DNA of 64,000 nucleotides from an uncultured bacterium (GTDB lineage Bacteria; Eisenbacteria; RBG-16-71-46; CAIMUX01): NCBI GenBank assembly GCA_964473865.1, contig CAYYQN010000003.1, positions 2,545 to 66,544 of the forward strand, read 5' to 3'. Shown piece by piece: positions 9,139 to 19,105 of this stretch (position 1 is its first letter; each line of letters starts with the position of its first letter). The notes under the pieces were generated by a model. It saw only the letters and a program-made list of their open reading frames with translations, ran no database searches and was not told where the DNA came from. The position numbers and the translations under genes were made by a program.

Positions 9139-10707
9139 CTACCTGGAGACGACGAGCGCACGGACCGCGCGGCCCGCCGTTGTCTGCGCCCGGACGAAGT
9201 AGATCCCCGACGAGACCGCTCGGCCGGCGCTATCCAGGCCGTCCCAGTAGAGGATGGCGCAGCCCGCGGTCCGCGCCCCGAGCTGGGCTTGCGGGAACTC
9301 CTTCACCAGCCTGCCGGCCACGTCGGTGATCGTGAGACGGACCGGAGAGGCCGTCAGGCTTCGCATCTCGACCCGGCACGTCCCGATCGTGGGGTTCGGC
9401 GCCATGCGGAGCTGTAGCGATCCGGAGGTGGAGACCGGATCGGCGCCGGAGACCTCATCGCAGGTGGCCGGCCAGGCCCCGATGAGCCCGCATCCGCCGC
9501 TGTGCTCGGGGGCGCACGGGGACTCGGGCTGCAGTCTCAGATCGTTGTTCATCAGGTTGCAGAAGAGCGGATCCAGGCTGATGTTCCCTTCCATCCCCGC
9601 CAGCCCCGCAATGCATCCGGTCCAGTCGCCCCCGACGTTGGAGTGGATGTCGGTGCAGCTGACGGAGATCGTCGCCGTGGCCGGGTCACAGACCAGGGCC
9701 CCTCCTCCGGTATTGAAGGCCAGGATGCTGTTCTCCAGGTTCAGAGACGCGTCATTCCCGACCAGGACGATGGCTCCGCCCAGGTTGTCAGCAGTGGCGT
9801 TCCCCACCATTGTGCACCCCGAGACCGTCACGACAGAGTCGTAGATCCCAATGGCGCCGCCGCCTTGTTCCAGTTCGCGCCCGTCGGGCATCATCCCCGG
9901 GGGAGGCACGCACCGGGCCCCGCTTGCGTGGAGCACCGAGTTGTTGATGAAGGTGCAGCCGGTCACCACGGCGGTGCTCCAGAGGATTCGAAGGCCCGCG
10001 CCAAATCCTCCGTCGATCTCGTTGTTGACGAAGCGGCAGTTGCTGAAGGTCGCGGAGCAGGACGCGATCCCAAGGCCCCCACCACCCTGCAGCCCGAATC
10101 CGCCCACAAAGTCGCAGTCCGTGAAGACGGGTGACCCGCCGTTGGCGTAGCCTCCGCCGCCCCCGCAGGCGCCGCCGTTTTCGAATCGGCACCGGATGAA
10201 GTGCGGAGAGCAGGAGAAGCTCCAGAACCCGCCTCCGCCGAGGGCCCCGCAATTCCGGATGACAACGTCGATCAGGGTCGGGCTGGCACCGTTCTCGAAG
10301 AGGATCCCGCCTCCGAAGTCGTCATCCGGACTTCCGTCCACGTACCCGCGTTCGATGGTGACGCCCTGGAGTACGGAATTGGTCCCTTCACCATCAAAGG
10401 CGACTCCGCGACAGTAGTTCGTATGCGATCCCTCGCAGTCGATGATCGTGTTCTCAGGATCCGAGCTCAGGCCACGAACCGTGATCGCCTTGCCGCCATA
10501 GCTCAGGCTCCGATTGCCCGGGCCGGTAAAGCGGCCGTAGGCTAGCAGGATCTGATCGCCGTCGACGGCGGCGTCGATCGCGGCCTGAATCGTCGGGAAG
10601 TCGCCGCTGCCGTCCGGCAGCACAACGTACTCGGCGGCCGACGCCGGGCCAAGTGTGAAAGCCGAGATCAACCCACCGATCACGAGAAGCCAACAGCAAG
10701 TGCGCAT
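9139..10707 (-). CDS. secreted right-handed parallel beta-helix repeat protein with T9SS-type CTD
   Basis: A strong RBS (GGAGGAGG) precedes MRTCCWLLVIGGLISAFTLGPASAAEY (signal peptide). The body has many GGG/NxG beta-helix-like repeats (CDFVGGFGLQGGGGLGIASCSATFSNCRF...). The CTD is APNPTIGTCRVEM...GRLVKEF...WDGLDSAGRAVSSGIYFVRA. The ORF-track start at 10839 is probably an upstream extension. Confidence 0.65.
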   Translation of the reverse strand: MRTCCWLLVIGGLISAFTLGPASAAEYVVLPDGSGDFPTIQAAIDAAVDGDQILLAYGRFTGPGNRSLSYGGKAITVRGLSSDPENTIIDCEGSHTNYCRGVAFDGEGTNSVLQGVTIERGYVDGSPDDDFGGGILFENGASPTLIDVVIRNCGALGGGGFWSFSCSPHFIRCRFENGGACGGGGGYANGGSPVFTDCDFVGGFGLQGGGGLGIASCSATFSNCRFVNNEIDGGFGAGLRILWSTAVVTGCTFINNSVLHASGARCVPPPGMMPDGRELEQGGGAIGIYDSVVTVSGCTMVGNATADNLGGAIVLVGNDASLNLENSILAFNTGGGALVCDPATATISVSCTDIHSNVGGDWTGCIAGLAGMEGNISLDPLFCNLMNNDLRLQPESPCAPEHSGGCGLIGAWPATCDEVSGADPVSTSGSLQLRMAPNPTIGTCRVEMRSLTASPVRLTITDVAGRLVKEFPQAQLGARTAGCAILYWDGLDSAGRAVSSGIYFVRAQTTAGRAVRALVVSR

Positions 10708-11220
10708 CTCCTGCCTCCTCCGTGCCAAAACCCCCAGCAAACGATCGACTCGGGCCGTCTCCGGGTTGGCCGAGTCCGGGCGGAGACTCGGGGCAGCGAT
10801 GAGCGTGCGTACGCGGGCGGCCAAAGTCGTGACGCTCACCGTCCTCGGATCTGCACGGTATCAGAATACTCCCTGAGCATGCCCGAGGCAAGGAAGCATA
10901 GGCCCGGCGCTGGGCGCGGCTCCGCGACCCGGAGTCCACCGGCCGCAACCCCCGCTATTGCCTATACTCATGCCCGGGTTTGTGCGTGGCCTGCAGCATC
11001 TGCCACGGCCGGGAGCGACCGGTAGGGCCCGCGGCATCCGCCGCCGCCAGCGGCGATTCCCTCCTGTGTCGTTCTGTCGAGGCAATGGACTTGCGGCACA
11101 GGGGATCTGACGACATCTGTCTCGGGGCCGGACCTGGCGCCACAGCCGGGACTCCAGTCGCGCCACAGGCTCCTTCCGTTCCAGCTGGGCCAGACCGGAA
11201 CTTCCCAGCCTCCCGAGCTG

Positions 11221-12144
11221 TCACCTCAGATCCGAACTACCCAACATGTGCGTAAGTTGCCCCGCCTTGCGCCTCGCCGTATTGACGATCGTATACACGA
11301 ACGGCTGGGACGTGTACAAGGAGCCCGCCCAACGAAAGCCATCCCGACATTCTCGAGGCGGGTCGGCAAGATCAGAGCACATCCAGGGCAGGCGTTCCCA
11401 AAGCGCCCGACGGGACACATCGGAAGAGTCCGGCGGGGCGGTCCCGAACGGAGGCACGTTGTCGTTGTCCACGATGCATACGCCGATGCGACGACGGATC
11501 GGATCCAGCGTCCCGCCGGAGTCGGGTTGCCCCAGCTCCAGGGCGAACTCCTCGGCAGGATCCGCCACGGCATCGTCAAAGACGCGGACGAAGAACGGAT
11601 CAGGACTCGTGCTGTCCCCATCGTGGATGCATGTTCCCTGCTTGATCGCGGAGTAGTCCGCGCCCTCCCGGGCAGTGATACGTTGCGGCACGACGTACGC
11701 CAGGCAGTGTCCCACCGCCCCATTGTGGGACACGTGGAACCGGATGCCCCAGTCCCCTTCAGCAACGACAACGCGCGTGGAATCTTCAACCCATACCGGG
11801 TCAATCGCCGGGACATCAAGAAACAATCGCGAGCCCATCCGATACGAGCGCGTAGCTGATCCACTCCACACGACATCAACCAGGCGATGGTCAACGGGAG
11901 CAGTGCCAGCTTCAGGTACGAGGACGTAATGCCGCGTAGTGAGATCTCTGTCGGTCCAATGCCGGCGTTCCGCAGCGGGCGGTGCGCCCTGCAACACCTG
12001 CGGAACTGGTGCCAGCTGCGCGCTGGCCGACTGCCGTCGCGCCGTGCCTTCGTCGCTAGCTTCCTGTCTGCATCCGGATCGTCTCCTCGACCGGACGAAG
12101 GATCTCTCACAGGTCGAAACCCGCAGTCCGCGAAAACGTCGCAC
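11221..12144 (-). CDS. hypothetical protein with Calx-beta-like segment; gene boundaries uncertain, possibly degenerate
   Basis: The segment GIRFHVSHNG...TAREGADYSAIKQGTCIHDGDSTSPDPFFVRVFDDAVADPAEEFALELGQP resembles a Calx-beta domain. The N-terminal third of the ORF is Arg/Gly-rich and not protein-like, there is no signal peptide, and the region is crowded with antisense ORFs. Confidence 0.3.
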   Translation of the reverse strand: MRRFRGLRVSTCERSFVRSRRRSGCRQEASDEGTARRQSASAQLAPVPQVLQGAPPAAERRHWTDRDLTTRHYVLVPEAGTAPVDHRLVDVVWSGSATRSYRMGSRLFLDVPAIDPVWVEDSTRVVVAEGDWGIRFHVSHNGAVGHCLAYVVPQRITAREGADYSAIKQGTCIHDGDSTSPDPFFVRVFDDAVADPAEEFALELGQPDSGGTLDPIRRRIGVCIVDNDNVPPFGTAPPDSSDVSRRALWERLPWMCSDLADPPRECRDGFRWAGSLYTSQPFVYTIVNTARRKAGQLTHMLGSSDLR

Positions 12145-12412
12145 CTCGCTTCGCAGGCCAAGTTACCGCGCCTCCTCGACCACGACGACGACGGGGCGAG
12201 GCCCTCGCAGGCGATCCACGCCATTCCCGATCCGTGTCCCGAGCTCGGGAAGACTTGCCGGAGGCCGGGACGCTGGAACGGCCCCGCCAGTGTTGGGCGG
12301 CGTCCAGCACGACGACCACCTGGCGTCGTAGGCCTCCTCCGAGCCCGCGGACAGAGATCTCTCACCAGGAAAACCACACTTTCCGTCGGCGAGTCGCCTC
12401 GTCTCTTGAAAA

Positions 12413-12626
12413 AAGCGATCGTTTGTATGGTATTGTTAAACTGCGGCATCAGGGGGAGCGGGTCCTGCCGTCGGGAAGTACCCGCGTGTCCCACTTCCAG
12501 CTCTGGTGCAAATCCAACTACACCTTCCTGGAGGGAGCCAGCCACCCGGAGGAGCTGGTCGAGGCCGGCATCGCGCTCGGGTTGCCGGGACTGGCGCCGA
12601 CCGATCGCGACGGCGTGTACGGCGTG
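12413..12626 (+). repeat. direct repeat copy 1 (dnaE2 leader/5' coding), partner at 14597-14810
   Basis: ~214 bp at ~88% identity by manual alignment. Both copies contain the tandem element ATCGTT-N8-AT(C/T)GTT (gATCGTTtgtatggtATCGTTa). Confidence 0.8.
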
Positions 12627-12674
12627 GCGGGGGACCAAACACCCGCCTGCTACCCATTCTGCGGAAGCGCATGA
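12413..12674 (+). pseudogene. truncated duplicate of the dnaE2 5' end (leader plus first ~65 codons), terminating after 17 unrelated codons
   Basis: 12413-12626 is ~88% identical to 14597-14810. It encodes ...[45 protein letters not shown], then diverges and stops at 12672-12674. Confidence 0.7.
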
Positions 12675-12710
12675 ACCACGGCACGACCGGCGCTCCGGTT
12701 CCGGGTGTAT

Positions 12711-13901
12711 CTATCGCCGGAGAATCACAGAACCACTCCGGCTCTTCCCCTCGGCCTCCAACCTCCAGTAGTACACGCCTCCAGGAACGCGCACCCCGTG
12801 ATCCGCGGTTCCATCCCACGACAGATCATGTGAGCCCGCCGAAAGCACCCCGTCGGCCAAGGCGGTCAGGCGGCGACCGTCACTGGAATAGACGGCCAAA
12901 CGAACGATCCCGGCTGTGGCCAAATCGAACCGCAGGGAGGTTCGGTCTGCGAAGGGGTTCGGGACGCACCGCAGCATCGCGGTCTCGGTGGAGAACGCAG
13001 CGGTTGCATCAGACGATGGAAGTTCCACGAAGGCAAGACCGGTCACGATGCCGAAGACATCCGGGAGGAAGTCGTGGACATCGGATCCGTCCAGGTTCAT
13101 GTACATGATCTTCTCGCGGTTGGTTTGAACGGACTGACCCCAGTAGACCCTTCCGGAACCAAGATCGAGGGTGATCCCATCCGGGTTCAGATTGGCGCCG
13201 ACCACGTAGAGATCCTCGACATCGGAGCCGTCGAAGTCCGCCCGACGCACAACATCGACGACGTAGTCGGTCCAGTAGACCTTCTGCGCCATGACGTCCA
13301 AGGCAATGCTGGAGGGACGGTCATGGCCGGTCACGACGAAGACGGGGCTGCTGCCATCGAGATTCGAACGCATGATGGCGCCGGTGGCATCGATGTAGGC
13401 CGTGGTGAAGTAGAGCTTGCTGTGAAGCATATCGAGGGCGATGCCGCTACCCACCGGGGCGGTCATCAGCGTGATGGCGCCGGAACCGTCGAGGTGGGCG
13501 AAGCCGATTCGCTCTCCGCTCAAATCCGCCCAGTAGAGCCTGTCCGTGTCGTGATCCAGCGTGATCCCATACGGAAAGAGCAGGTCGGTGGCGATAATCG
13601 TCTCGATGTTGCTGCCGTCCAGGTTCGAACGTCGGATGACGTGATCGCTCACGTCGGTCCAATAGAGCTTTCCGGCCACATCGTCAACGGCAATTCCGCG
13701 CAACCCTCCGCCGGTGTTCACCACGGTCTCGAGTCCGCTTCCGTCGGGAAACACGCGGTGGATCGCTCCGTCGCTGAACGACGGGTTGAACACCTCGCCG
13801 AAGTACAGCATGCGGTCGGTGCCGGCGGCCGGCGTGAAGAGTGCCCCAAGACCCAAGAGGCAGAGGAGAAGCGATCCCGCGAGTCTTCGGAACGTTGGCA
13901 T
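12711..13901 (-). CDS. secreted YWTD (LDL-receptor class B) beta-propeller protein with T9SS-type CTD
   Basis: A GGGAGGA RBS precedes MPTFRRLAGSLLLCLLGLGALFTPAAG (signal peptide). There are five or six repeats of the KLYWTD...NLDGS type. The CTD is VPNPFADRTSLRFDL...GRRLTAL...WDGTADHGVRVPGGVYYWRLEA. The listed ORF start at 14210 is an upstream extension. Confidence 0.75.
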   Translation of the reverse strand: MPTFRRLAGSLLLCLLGLGALFTPAAGTDRMLYFGEVFNPSFSDGAIHRVFPDGSGLETVVNTGGGLRGIAVDDVAGKLYWTDVSDHVIRRSNLDGSNIETIIATDLLFPYGITLDHDTDRLYWADLSGERIGFAHLDGSGAITLMTAPVGSGIALDMLHSKLYFTTAYIDATGAIMRSNLDGSSPVFVVTGHDRPSSIALDVMAQKVYWTDYVVDVVRRADFDGSDVEDLYVVGANLNPDGITLDLGSGRVYWGQSVQTNREKIMYMNLDGSDVHDFLPDVFGIVTGLAFVELPSSDATAAFSTETAMLRCVPNPFADRTSLRFDLATAGIVRLAVYSSDGRRLTALADGVLSAGSHDLSWDGTADHGVRVPGGVYYWRLEAEGKSRSGSVILRR

Positions 13902-14596
13902 CGGTCCATCCTCCCTGTGCACGGATCGGGAAGTCACCGTGCACGAGCACAAGGCGCTGTGCCGCAGGCGCGGCCGCCGACTCGAGGGGCTCAGACTCAC
14001 AGGAGGAAACAGCGCTCGGGGGACCGTTCGGATGGAGCGCCATGAGCAGGCAGCGCGCCGGTCTGTTTTCCGGTGGGGATCATACCACGGACTGGAAGTC
14101 GGGAGCCAGCGCTCCGGCTTCCCCGCCACATGGAGCACCCAGCCGTGCGGAAGTACAGCCCCTTCTTCTCCTGCGCACGGGCGCCATCCGGCATCGCGCA
14201 TGAATAACACCGCCGATCACGGGAAACACCCTCCTGTCACCGCGGTGCGGCGCCCGGGCGTCTTCCTGCGGATGCTTCTCGCGTGGCAGCCTCGGCCGAG
14301 GTGGTCTCTGCGAGACGTCGACGGCCGGACTGGGGGGTGACCTTCTTGCACCGTTTTCGGCCCGGCACCGAACCTGTGCCCGAACACGCGGTGCACCCTT
14401 CACGGACTTGCTGGGCTGTTGTCCTGAGATTCCAGCCACCCTGCTCTCCCCGCACATGGCGGCTTGTGGTCGAAAGGACTGCGGCGAGCGCGCGAGCGCG
14501 GGTGGAGACCGAGGTGCGCGAGGATCCTCCATTCCGAATTCCAGGTAGAACTTATTGCCCCACTTCAGGTTGACGACTTGCCTTATTTTCCGAAAT

Positions 14597-14810
14597 AAGC
14601 GATCGTTTGTATGGTATCGTTACGCTGCGGCATCAGGGGGAGCGGGTCATGCCGTCGAGGAGTATCCGCATGTCCTACTTCCCCCTCTGGTGCAAATCCA
14701 ACTACACCTTCCTGGAGGGAGCCAGCCACCCGGAGGAGCTGGTCGAGGCCGGCGTCGCGCTCGGGTTGCCGGGACTGGCGCTGACCGATCGCGATGGCGT
14801 GTACGGCGGG
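14597..14810 (+). repeat. direct repeat copy 2 (authentic dnaE2 leader and 5' end)
   Basis: See copy 1. The two copies are separated by 2,184 bp containing the minus-strand YWTD/CTD gene. Confidence 0.8.
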
Positions 14811-17800
14811 GCGCGGGCGCACGTCGCGGCACGGGACCAGGCGACGCACGCGGTTCCCGAGTCAGCAGCGGACTCCCTCGTCGCCCCGAGGGAACGAGCC
14901 GCGGGCGCCGATCGGGCGCGTGCACCCTTCCACCTCATCCTGGGTTCGCAGATCACCATCGATGACGGCTCTTTCATCACCCTCCTCGCCGCCGACCGCC
15001 GCGGCTACGCCAACCTCTGTCAGCTCATTTCGACCGGCCGACTGCGCTGTGAAAAGGGAGAGAGCCGGGTCACCTGGCACGAGGTCTGCGAGCGCGCCGA
15101 GGGGTTGCTCGCGCTCTGGGGTGGCGAGGGAAGCCTTCTGGTCTCAGACCCCGATCCACTCTTCGTCGCGCGCTTCTTGCGCGAAGCATTCGGCAACCGG
15201 CTCTACGCCCTCATTCCCCGTCACCGCCGCTCGGAGGAGACACGGCTGGAGGCGCGCGCGCGCGGCCGTGCGCAGCGCTACGGCATCCCGACGGTCGCCG
15301 CCACGGAAACGCTGTATCACGTTCGGGAGCGGCGAGTCCTGCAGGACGTGCTCACCTGCATCCGCCACGGCGTGACCTTGAGTACCTCCGGGCGGTTGCT
15401 GAAGGCCAATGACGAGTATGCGCTGAAGGGCCCCGCGGAGTTTCACGAGCTCTTCGCCGACGATCCGGCGTCCGTGGCCCGCACCCTGGAGGCCGCCAGC
15501 CGCTGCTCCTTCTCCCTCGCCGAGATCCGCTACCGCTACCCCGAAGAAACGCTCCCCGACGGCAAGAGCTCGTCGGAGTGGCTGCGGCAGCTCACCTTCG
15601 AGGGCGCGCTCGAACGCTACCCCGACGGGATTCCCGAGAAGGTCTGCCGGCAGGTGGAGAAGGAACTCACGCTTATCCGTGAACTGGACTATGACGGTTA
15701 CTTCCTCACCATGTGGGAGATCATCCGCTTCTGCCGCCAGCGTGACATCCTCTGTCAGGGGCGAGGCTCCGCGGCCAACTCCGCGGTCTGCTTCTGTCTC
15801 GGCATCACGTCGGTCGATCCGGTGCGGATGGACCTCCTCTTCGAGCGCTTCCTATCCCGGGAACGCGCGGAACCTCCGGACATCGACCTCGACATCGAAC
15901 ACGAACGGCGGGAAGAGGTCATCCAGCATGTCTATGCGAAGTACGGCCGGACACACGCGGCGATGGTCGCGAACTTCATCCGCTACCGTGTCCGCTCCTC
16001 GGTGCGCGACATCGGCAAGGTGCTCGGTTTCGCCGAGACCGAAGTCGACCGGCTGGCCAAGCTCCTGCCGATTTACGGCACGATCACGCCGGAGATCCTT
16101 ACCGACGCCGGGTTCGATGCCGGCAATCCGGTCCACACCCGGCTCCTCAAGCTCAGTGAGGAAATCCAGGAGTTCCCGCGCCATCTCTCGATTCACCCAG
16201 GCGGTTTTCTGCTCGGCCACGAGCGGGTGGACACCCTGGTGCCGATCGAAAACGCCGCCATGGAAGGGCGCACCGTCATCCAGTGGGACAAGGAGGACAT
16301 CGAGAATCTGGGCTTGTTCAAGATCGACCTCCTCGGCCTGGGCGGCCTGACCCAGCTTCACCTCGCCTTCGATCTCATTCGCGCCCACTGGGATCACGAC
16401 CTGTCGATGGCGACAGTCCCGCCCGAGGACCCGGCGACCTTTGCCATGATCCAGCGCGCGGACACCGTCGGCGTCTTCCAGATCGAGAGCCGGGCCCAGA
16501 TGGCCATGTTGCCCCGCCTGAAACCGCGCACCTACTACGACCTCGTCATCCAGGTGGCGATCATCCGGCCGGGGCCTATCTCCGGCGGCATGGTCCATCC
16601 GTACCTCCGGCGGCGAAACGGCGAGGAGAAGGTCGTCTATCCGCACCCATCGTTGCAGCCGGTCCTGGAGAAGACGCTCGGCGTTCCGCTCTTCCAGGAG
16701 CAGGTCATGAAGCTCGCCGTGGTCGCGGCCGACTACACCCCCGGGGAAGCCGACCAGTTGCGCCGCGACATGGCCGCCTGGCGCATCAAGGGCCGGATCG
16801 AGCAGCATCACGACCGGTTCGTCCCGCGCATGATCGCCAAAGGGATCGCGCCGGAGTTCGCCGAGCGAGTCTTCGAACAGATCCGCGGTTTCGGCGAATA
16901 CGGCTTCCCGGAGAGTCACGCCGCGAGCTTCGCGCTCATCGCCTATGCGACCGCCTGGGTGCGGCGGCACTATCCTGAGGCGTTTGTCTGCTCGCTCTTG
17001 AACGCGCAGCCGATGGGGTTCTACGCGCCGGCCACGATCGTCTCCGACGGGAAACGCCACGGAGTGGAGATCCTGCCGGTGAGCGCGCAGGCGGGGAACT
17101 GGCACTGCCGGCTGGAGCCCACCACGGCAGGCGCCCGGCCGGGGCCGGAACGCGCAGATCTTCGATTCGAACCCGCGCGAAACATCGAAGAGCGGAATCG
17201 CGAACCCCGGGACCGGCGCGACGGGCGGAGGGCGCCCGGGAAGACCGCGCCGACCTCACGCTCCTACCGCTACGCTGTTCGCATGGGCCTGCGCTACGTG
17301 AAGGGCCTCGCCGAACGTGAGGGCGTGCGGATCGAGACTGCCCGGCGTGAAGGACCGTTTCGATCGCTGGCCGACTTCGTCGCCCGCACCGGTTTGGACG
17401 CGAGCAAGACGGCGCGCCTGGCGGAGGCCGGAGCCCTCTCCTGCTTCCGGGCGTCTCGCCGCCAGGCGCTCTGGGAGGCTCGGGGCGCGCATCGCACGCA
17501 CGATCCGGAATTCGGTGTCGAGCCGGAGGAGCCGGAGATGCAGTTCGCTCCCCTCTCGCTCCTCGAGGAGGTGGCGTGGGACTATGACGCTTCGAGCCAC
17601 AGCACTCGCGGCCACCCGCTGGCGTCGCTGCGCCTCTCGCTCGCGCAGCAGGGGCTGCCCAGCGCCCGCGAGGTGCAGGCGATGCGCGACGGCAGCCGGA
17701 CCCGCTACGCCGGCCTCGTCATCTGCCGGCAACAGCCCGCTACCGCCAAGGGTGCGGTCTTCATGACGCTTGAGGACGAGACCGGCTTCGTGAACCTCGT

Positions 17801-17975
17801 CCTCTGGAAGGATGTGTTCGCGAGGCAACGGGTGGTGGCGCGCACCGCCGGGTTCCTCGGGATCACCGGAAAGGTCCAGTCCGAGTCGGGGGTGGTGAAT
17901 CTGGTCGCCGAAGAACTATGGGTGCCGAGGCTGGAGGCGTTGCCGCCGGAAGGAGAGAGCCGGGACTTTCATTAG
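14670..17975 (+). CDS. dnaE2: error-prone DNA polymerase DnaE2 (ImuC), Pol III alpha-like
   Basis: A GAGGAG RBS sits 7 nt before [28 protein letters not shown]. This is the PHP domain with the His ligands replaced, as in DnaE2 rather than DnaE1. The body has Pol III alpha palm/fingers motifs ([37 protein letters not shown]-fold tail). Length is ~1100 aa. No ImuA/ImuB-like gene is adjacent. Confidence 0.85.
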   Translation: MSYFPLWCKSNYTFLEGASHPEELVEAGVALGLPGLALTDRDGVYGGARAHVAARDQATHAVPESAADSLVAPRERAAGADRARAPFHLILGSQITIDDGSFITLLAADRRGYANLCQLISTGRLRCEKGESRVTWHEVCERAEGLLALWGGEGSLLVSDPDPLFVARFLREAFGNRLYALIPRHRRSEETRLEARARGRAQRYGIPTVAATETLYHVRERRVLQDVLTCIRHGVTLSTSGRLLKANDEYALKGPAEFHELFADDPASVARTLEAASRCSFSLAEIRYRYPEETLPDGKSSSEWLRQLTFEGALERYPDGIPEKVCRQVEKELTLIRELDYDGYFLTMWEIIRFCRQRDILCQGRGSAANSAVCFCLGITSVDPVRMDLLFERFLSRERAEPPDIDLDIEHERREEVIQHVYAKYGRTHAAMVANFIRYRVRSSVRDIGKVLGFAETEVDRLAKLLPIYGTITPEILTDAGFDAGNPVHTRLLKLSEEIQEFPRHLSIHPGGFLLGHERVDTLVPIENAAMEGRTVIQWDKEDIENLGLFKIDLLGLGGLTQLHLAFDLIRAHWDHDLSMATVPPEDPATFAMIQRADTVGVFQIESRAQMAMLPRLKPRTYYDLVIQVAIIRPGPISGGMVHPYLRRRNGEEKVVYPHPSLQPVLEKTLGVPLFQEQVMKLAVVAADYTPGEADQLRRDMAAWRIKGRIEQHHDRFVPRMIAKGIAPEFAERVFEQIRGFGEYGFPESHAASFALIAYATAWVRRHYPEAFVCSLLNAQPMGFYAPATIVSDGKRHGVEILPVSAQAGNWHCRLEPTTAGARPGPERADLRFEPARNIEERNREPRDRRDGRRAPGKTAPTSRSYRYAVRMGLRYVKGLAEREGVRIETARREGPFRSLADFVARTGLDASKTARLAEAGALSCFRASRRQALWEARGAHRTHDPEFGVEPEEPEMQFAPLSLLEEVAWDYDASSHSTRGHPLASLRLSLAQQGLPSAREVQAMRDGSRTRYAGLVICRQQPATAKGAVFMTLEDETGFVNLVLWKDVFARQRVVARTAGFLGITGKVQSESGVVNLVAEELWVPRLEALPPEGESRDFH

Positions 17976-18052
17976 TAGGATGCCGAAAAACCCAGTCACC
18001 CTGGGCCGGAGCGCCGACTCCTCACGCCTCGATCGGCTCGCAAGTGCCCGCC

Positions 18053-19105
18053 CTACCAGCTCCCGGACGCTCCCCCGCCGCCGGAAGACCCGCCTCCGCC
18101 CGAAAAGCTGGAGCTGCTGCTCGAGCTCCCGGAGCTACCGGAGCTCCAGGAGCTCCCGGAGCCGCCGGAAGTCATCGTGAACCCTCCGATGGTCGCCCGC
18201 CCCTTGCGCTTCAGGGAGGTCTGGGCCTTCCGATACCAGGCGGTCCTCTTGATCAGGAGCTTGGCAATCGGAAAGGACACGAGGTAGATGACCAGCAGCG
18301 TGAGCGCGCCGCGCGTTCCCACGATGATGATCGGGAACATCGCCCAGAACGGGATCAGGAAGAGGTAGAGGAACCACCCGACCCCGGGCGTCAGGACGCC
18401 GATGACTGTAAACAGCCCGATGATTCCGAAGACGAAGCTGCCGATGAGGATCCGCTCCGGAATCGACAGGTCGGGACCTTCGAAGAGGGTGTTGGACGGC
18501 GCTTTGGATTGCGCGCCCTCTTCCAGCTCGATGGAAGCCGGCGCGGCACCTCCCTCGAGGATGCCCACAACGGCATCCACTCCTTCGGAAATGCCCCCCG
18601 CGAAGTCGCCATCCTTGAACCGCGGCGTGATGACACTATGGATGATCCTCCCGGCGGTTCCGTCGGTAAGCGTGCCTTCGAGGCCATAGCCGACCTCGAT
18701 TCGCATTCGCCGCTCCGACGGCGCCACAACCAACAAGAGGCCGTTGTCCTTTCCTGCTTGCCCGAGCTTCCATTCCGCAAAGACCGCGACCGCGTAGTCC
18801 TCGATGTTGGCTCCGCCGAGGGAGTTGACCGTGAGTACGGCGATCTGGTTGCCGGTCTTCTCCTCGTGCGTCTTGAGCCGCCCGGACAGCGACGCACGCG
18901 CGGCGTCATCCAGGATCTCCGCCTCGTCGACAACGCGACCGGAAAGATACGGGACCACGGGATCGGCAGCCGAGGCCGGCCCCGGCCTCCACGGGAGCAG
19001 GACTGCGAGGAACCAGGCCATGATGGCGAGAAGCCGCAAGATGGGCGCGTGGGAGAACATCGCCGGAGGCCCGGGGGCAAGCGCGCACCGCGCCGCGGGG
19101 CTCAC
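18053..19105 (-). CDS. TPM-domain (YgcG-like) membrane protein with Gly/Ser-rich C-terminal tail
   Basis: Signal peptide plus TPM motifs: YLSGRVVDEAEILDD...TGNQIAVLTV...DNGLLLVVAPSERRMRIEVGYGLEG. C-terminal TM helices follow, then a SGGSGSSWSSGSSGSSSSSSSFSGGGGSSGGGG tail. A GTG at 19105 overlaps the upstream stop (GTGA). The first in-frame ATG (MFSHAP...) is 45 nt downstream of it. Confidence 0.75.
   Translation of the reverse strand: MSPAARCALAPGPPAMFSHAPILRLLAIMAWFLAVLLPWRPGPASAADPVVPYLSGRVVDEAEILDDAARASLSGRLKTHEEKTGNQIAVLTVNSLGGANIEDYAVAVFAEWKLGQAGKDNGLLLVVAPSERRMRIEVGYGLEGTLTDGTAGRIIHSVITPRFKDGDFAGGISEGVDAVVGILEGGAAPASIELEEGAQSKAPSNTLFEGPDLSIPERILIGSFVFGIIGLFTVIGVLTPGVGWFLYLFLIPFWAMFPIIIVGTRGALTLLVIYLVSFPIAKLLIKRTAWYRKAQTSLKRKGRATIGGFTMTSGGSGSSWSSGSSGSSSSSSSFSGGGGSSGGGGASGSW

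Noticed and set aside
11226-12819. Long minus- and plus-strand ORFs (470 aa, 294 aa, 127 aa) across the 11.2-12.8 kb region
   Set aside because: They are mutually overlapping Arg/Pro/Ser-rich reading frames without domain signatures. Part of their apparent similarity to ORFs at 14.6-14.9 kb is simply the dnaE2-leader repeat read in other frames.
17150-17175. gattcgaaccc motif resembling a tRNA T-arm/3' end on the minus strand
   Set aside because: It lies inside the dnaE2 coding frame with no acceptor stem, anticodon arm or CCA context. I found no tRNA or rRNA genes in the window.
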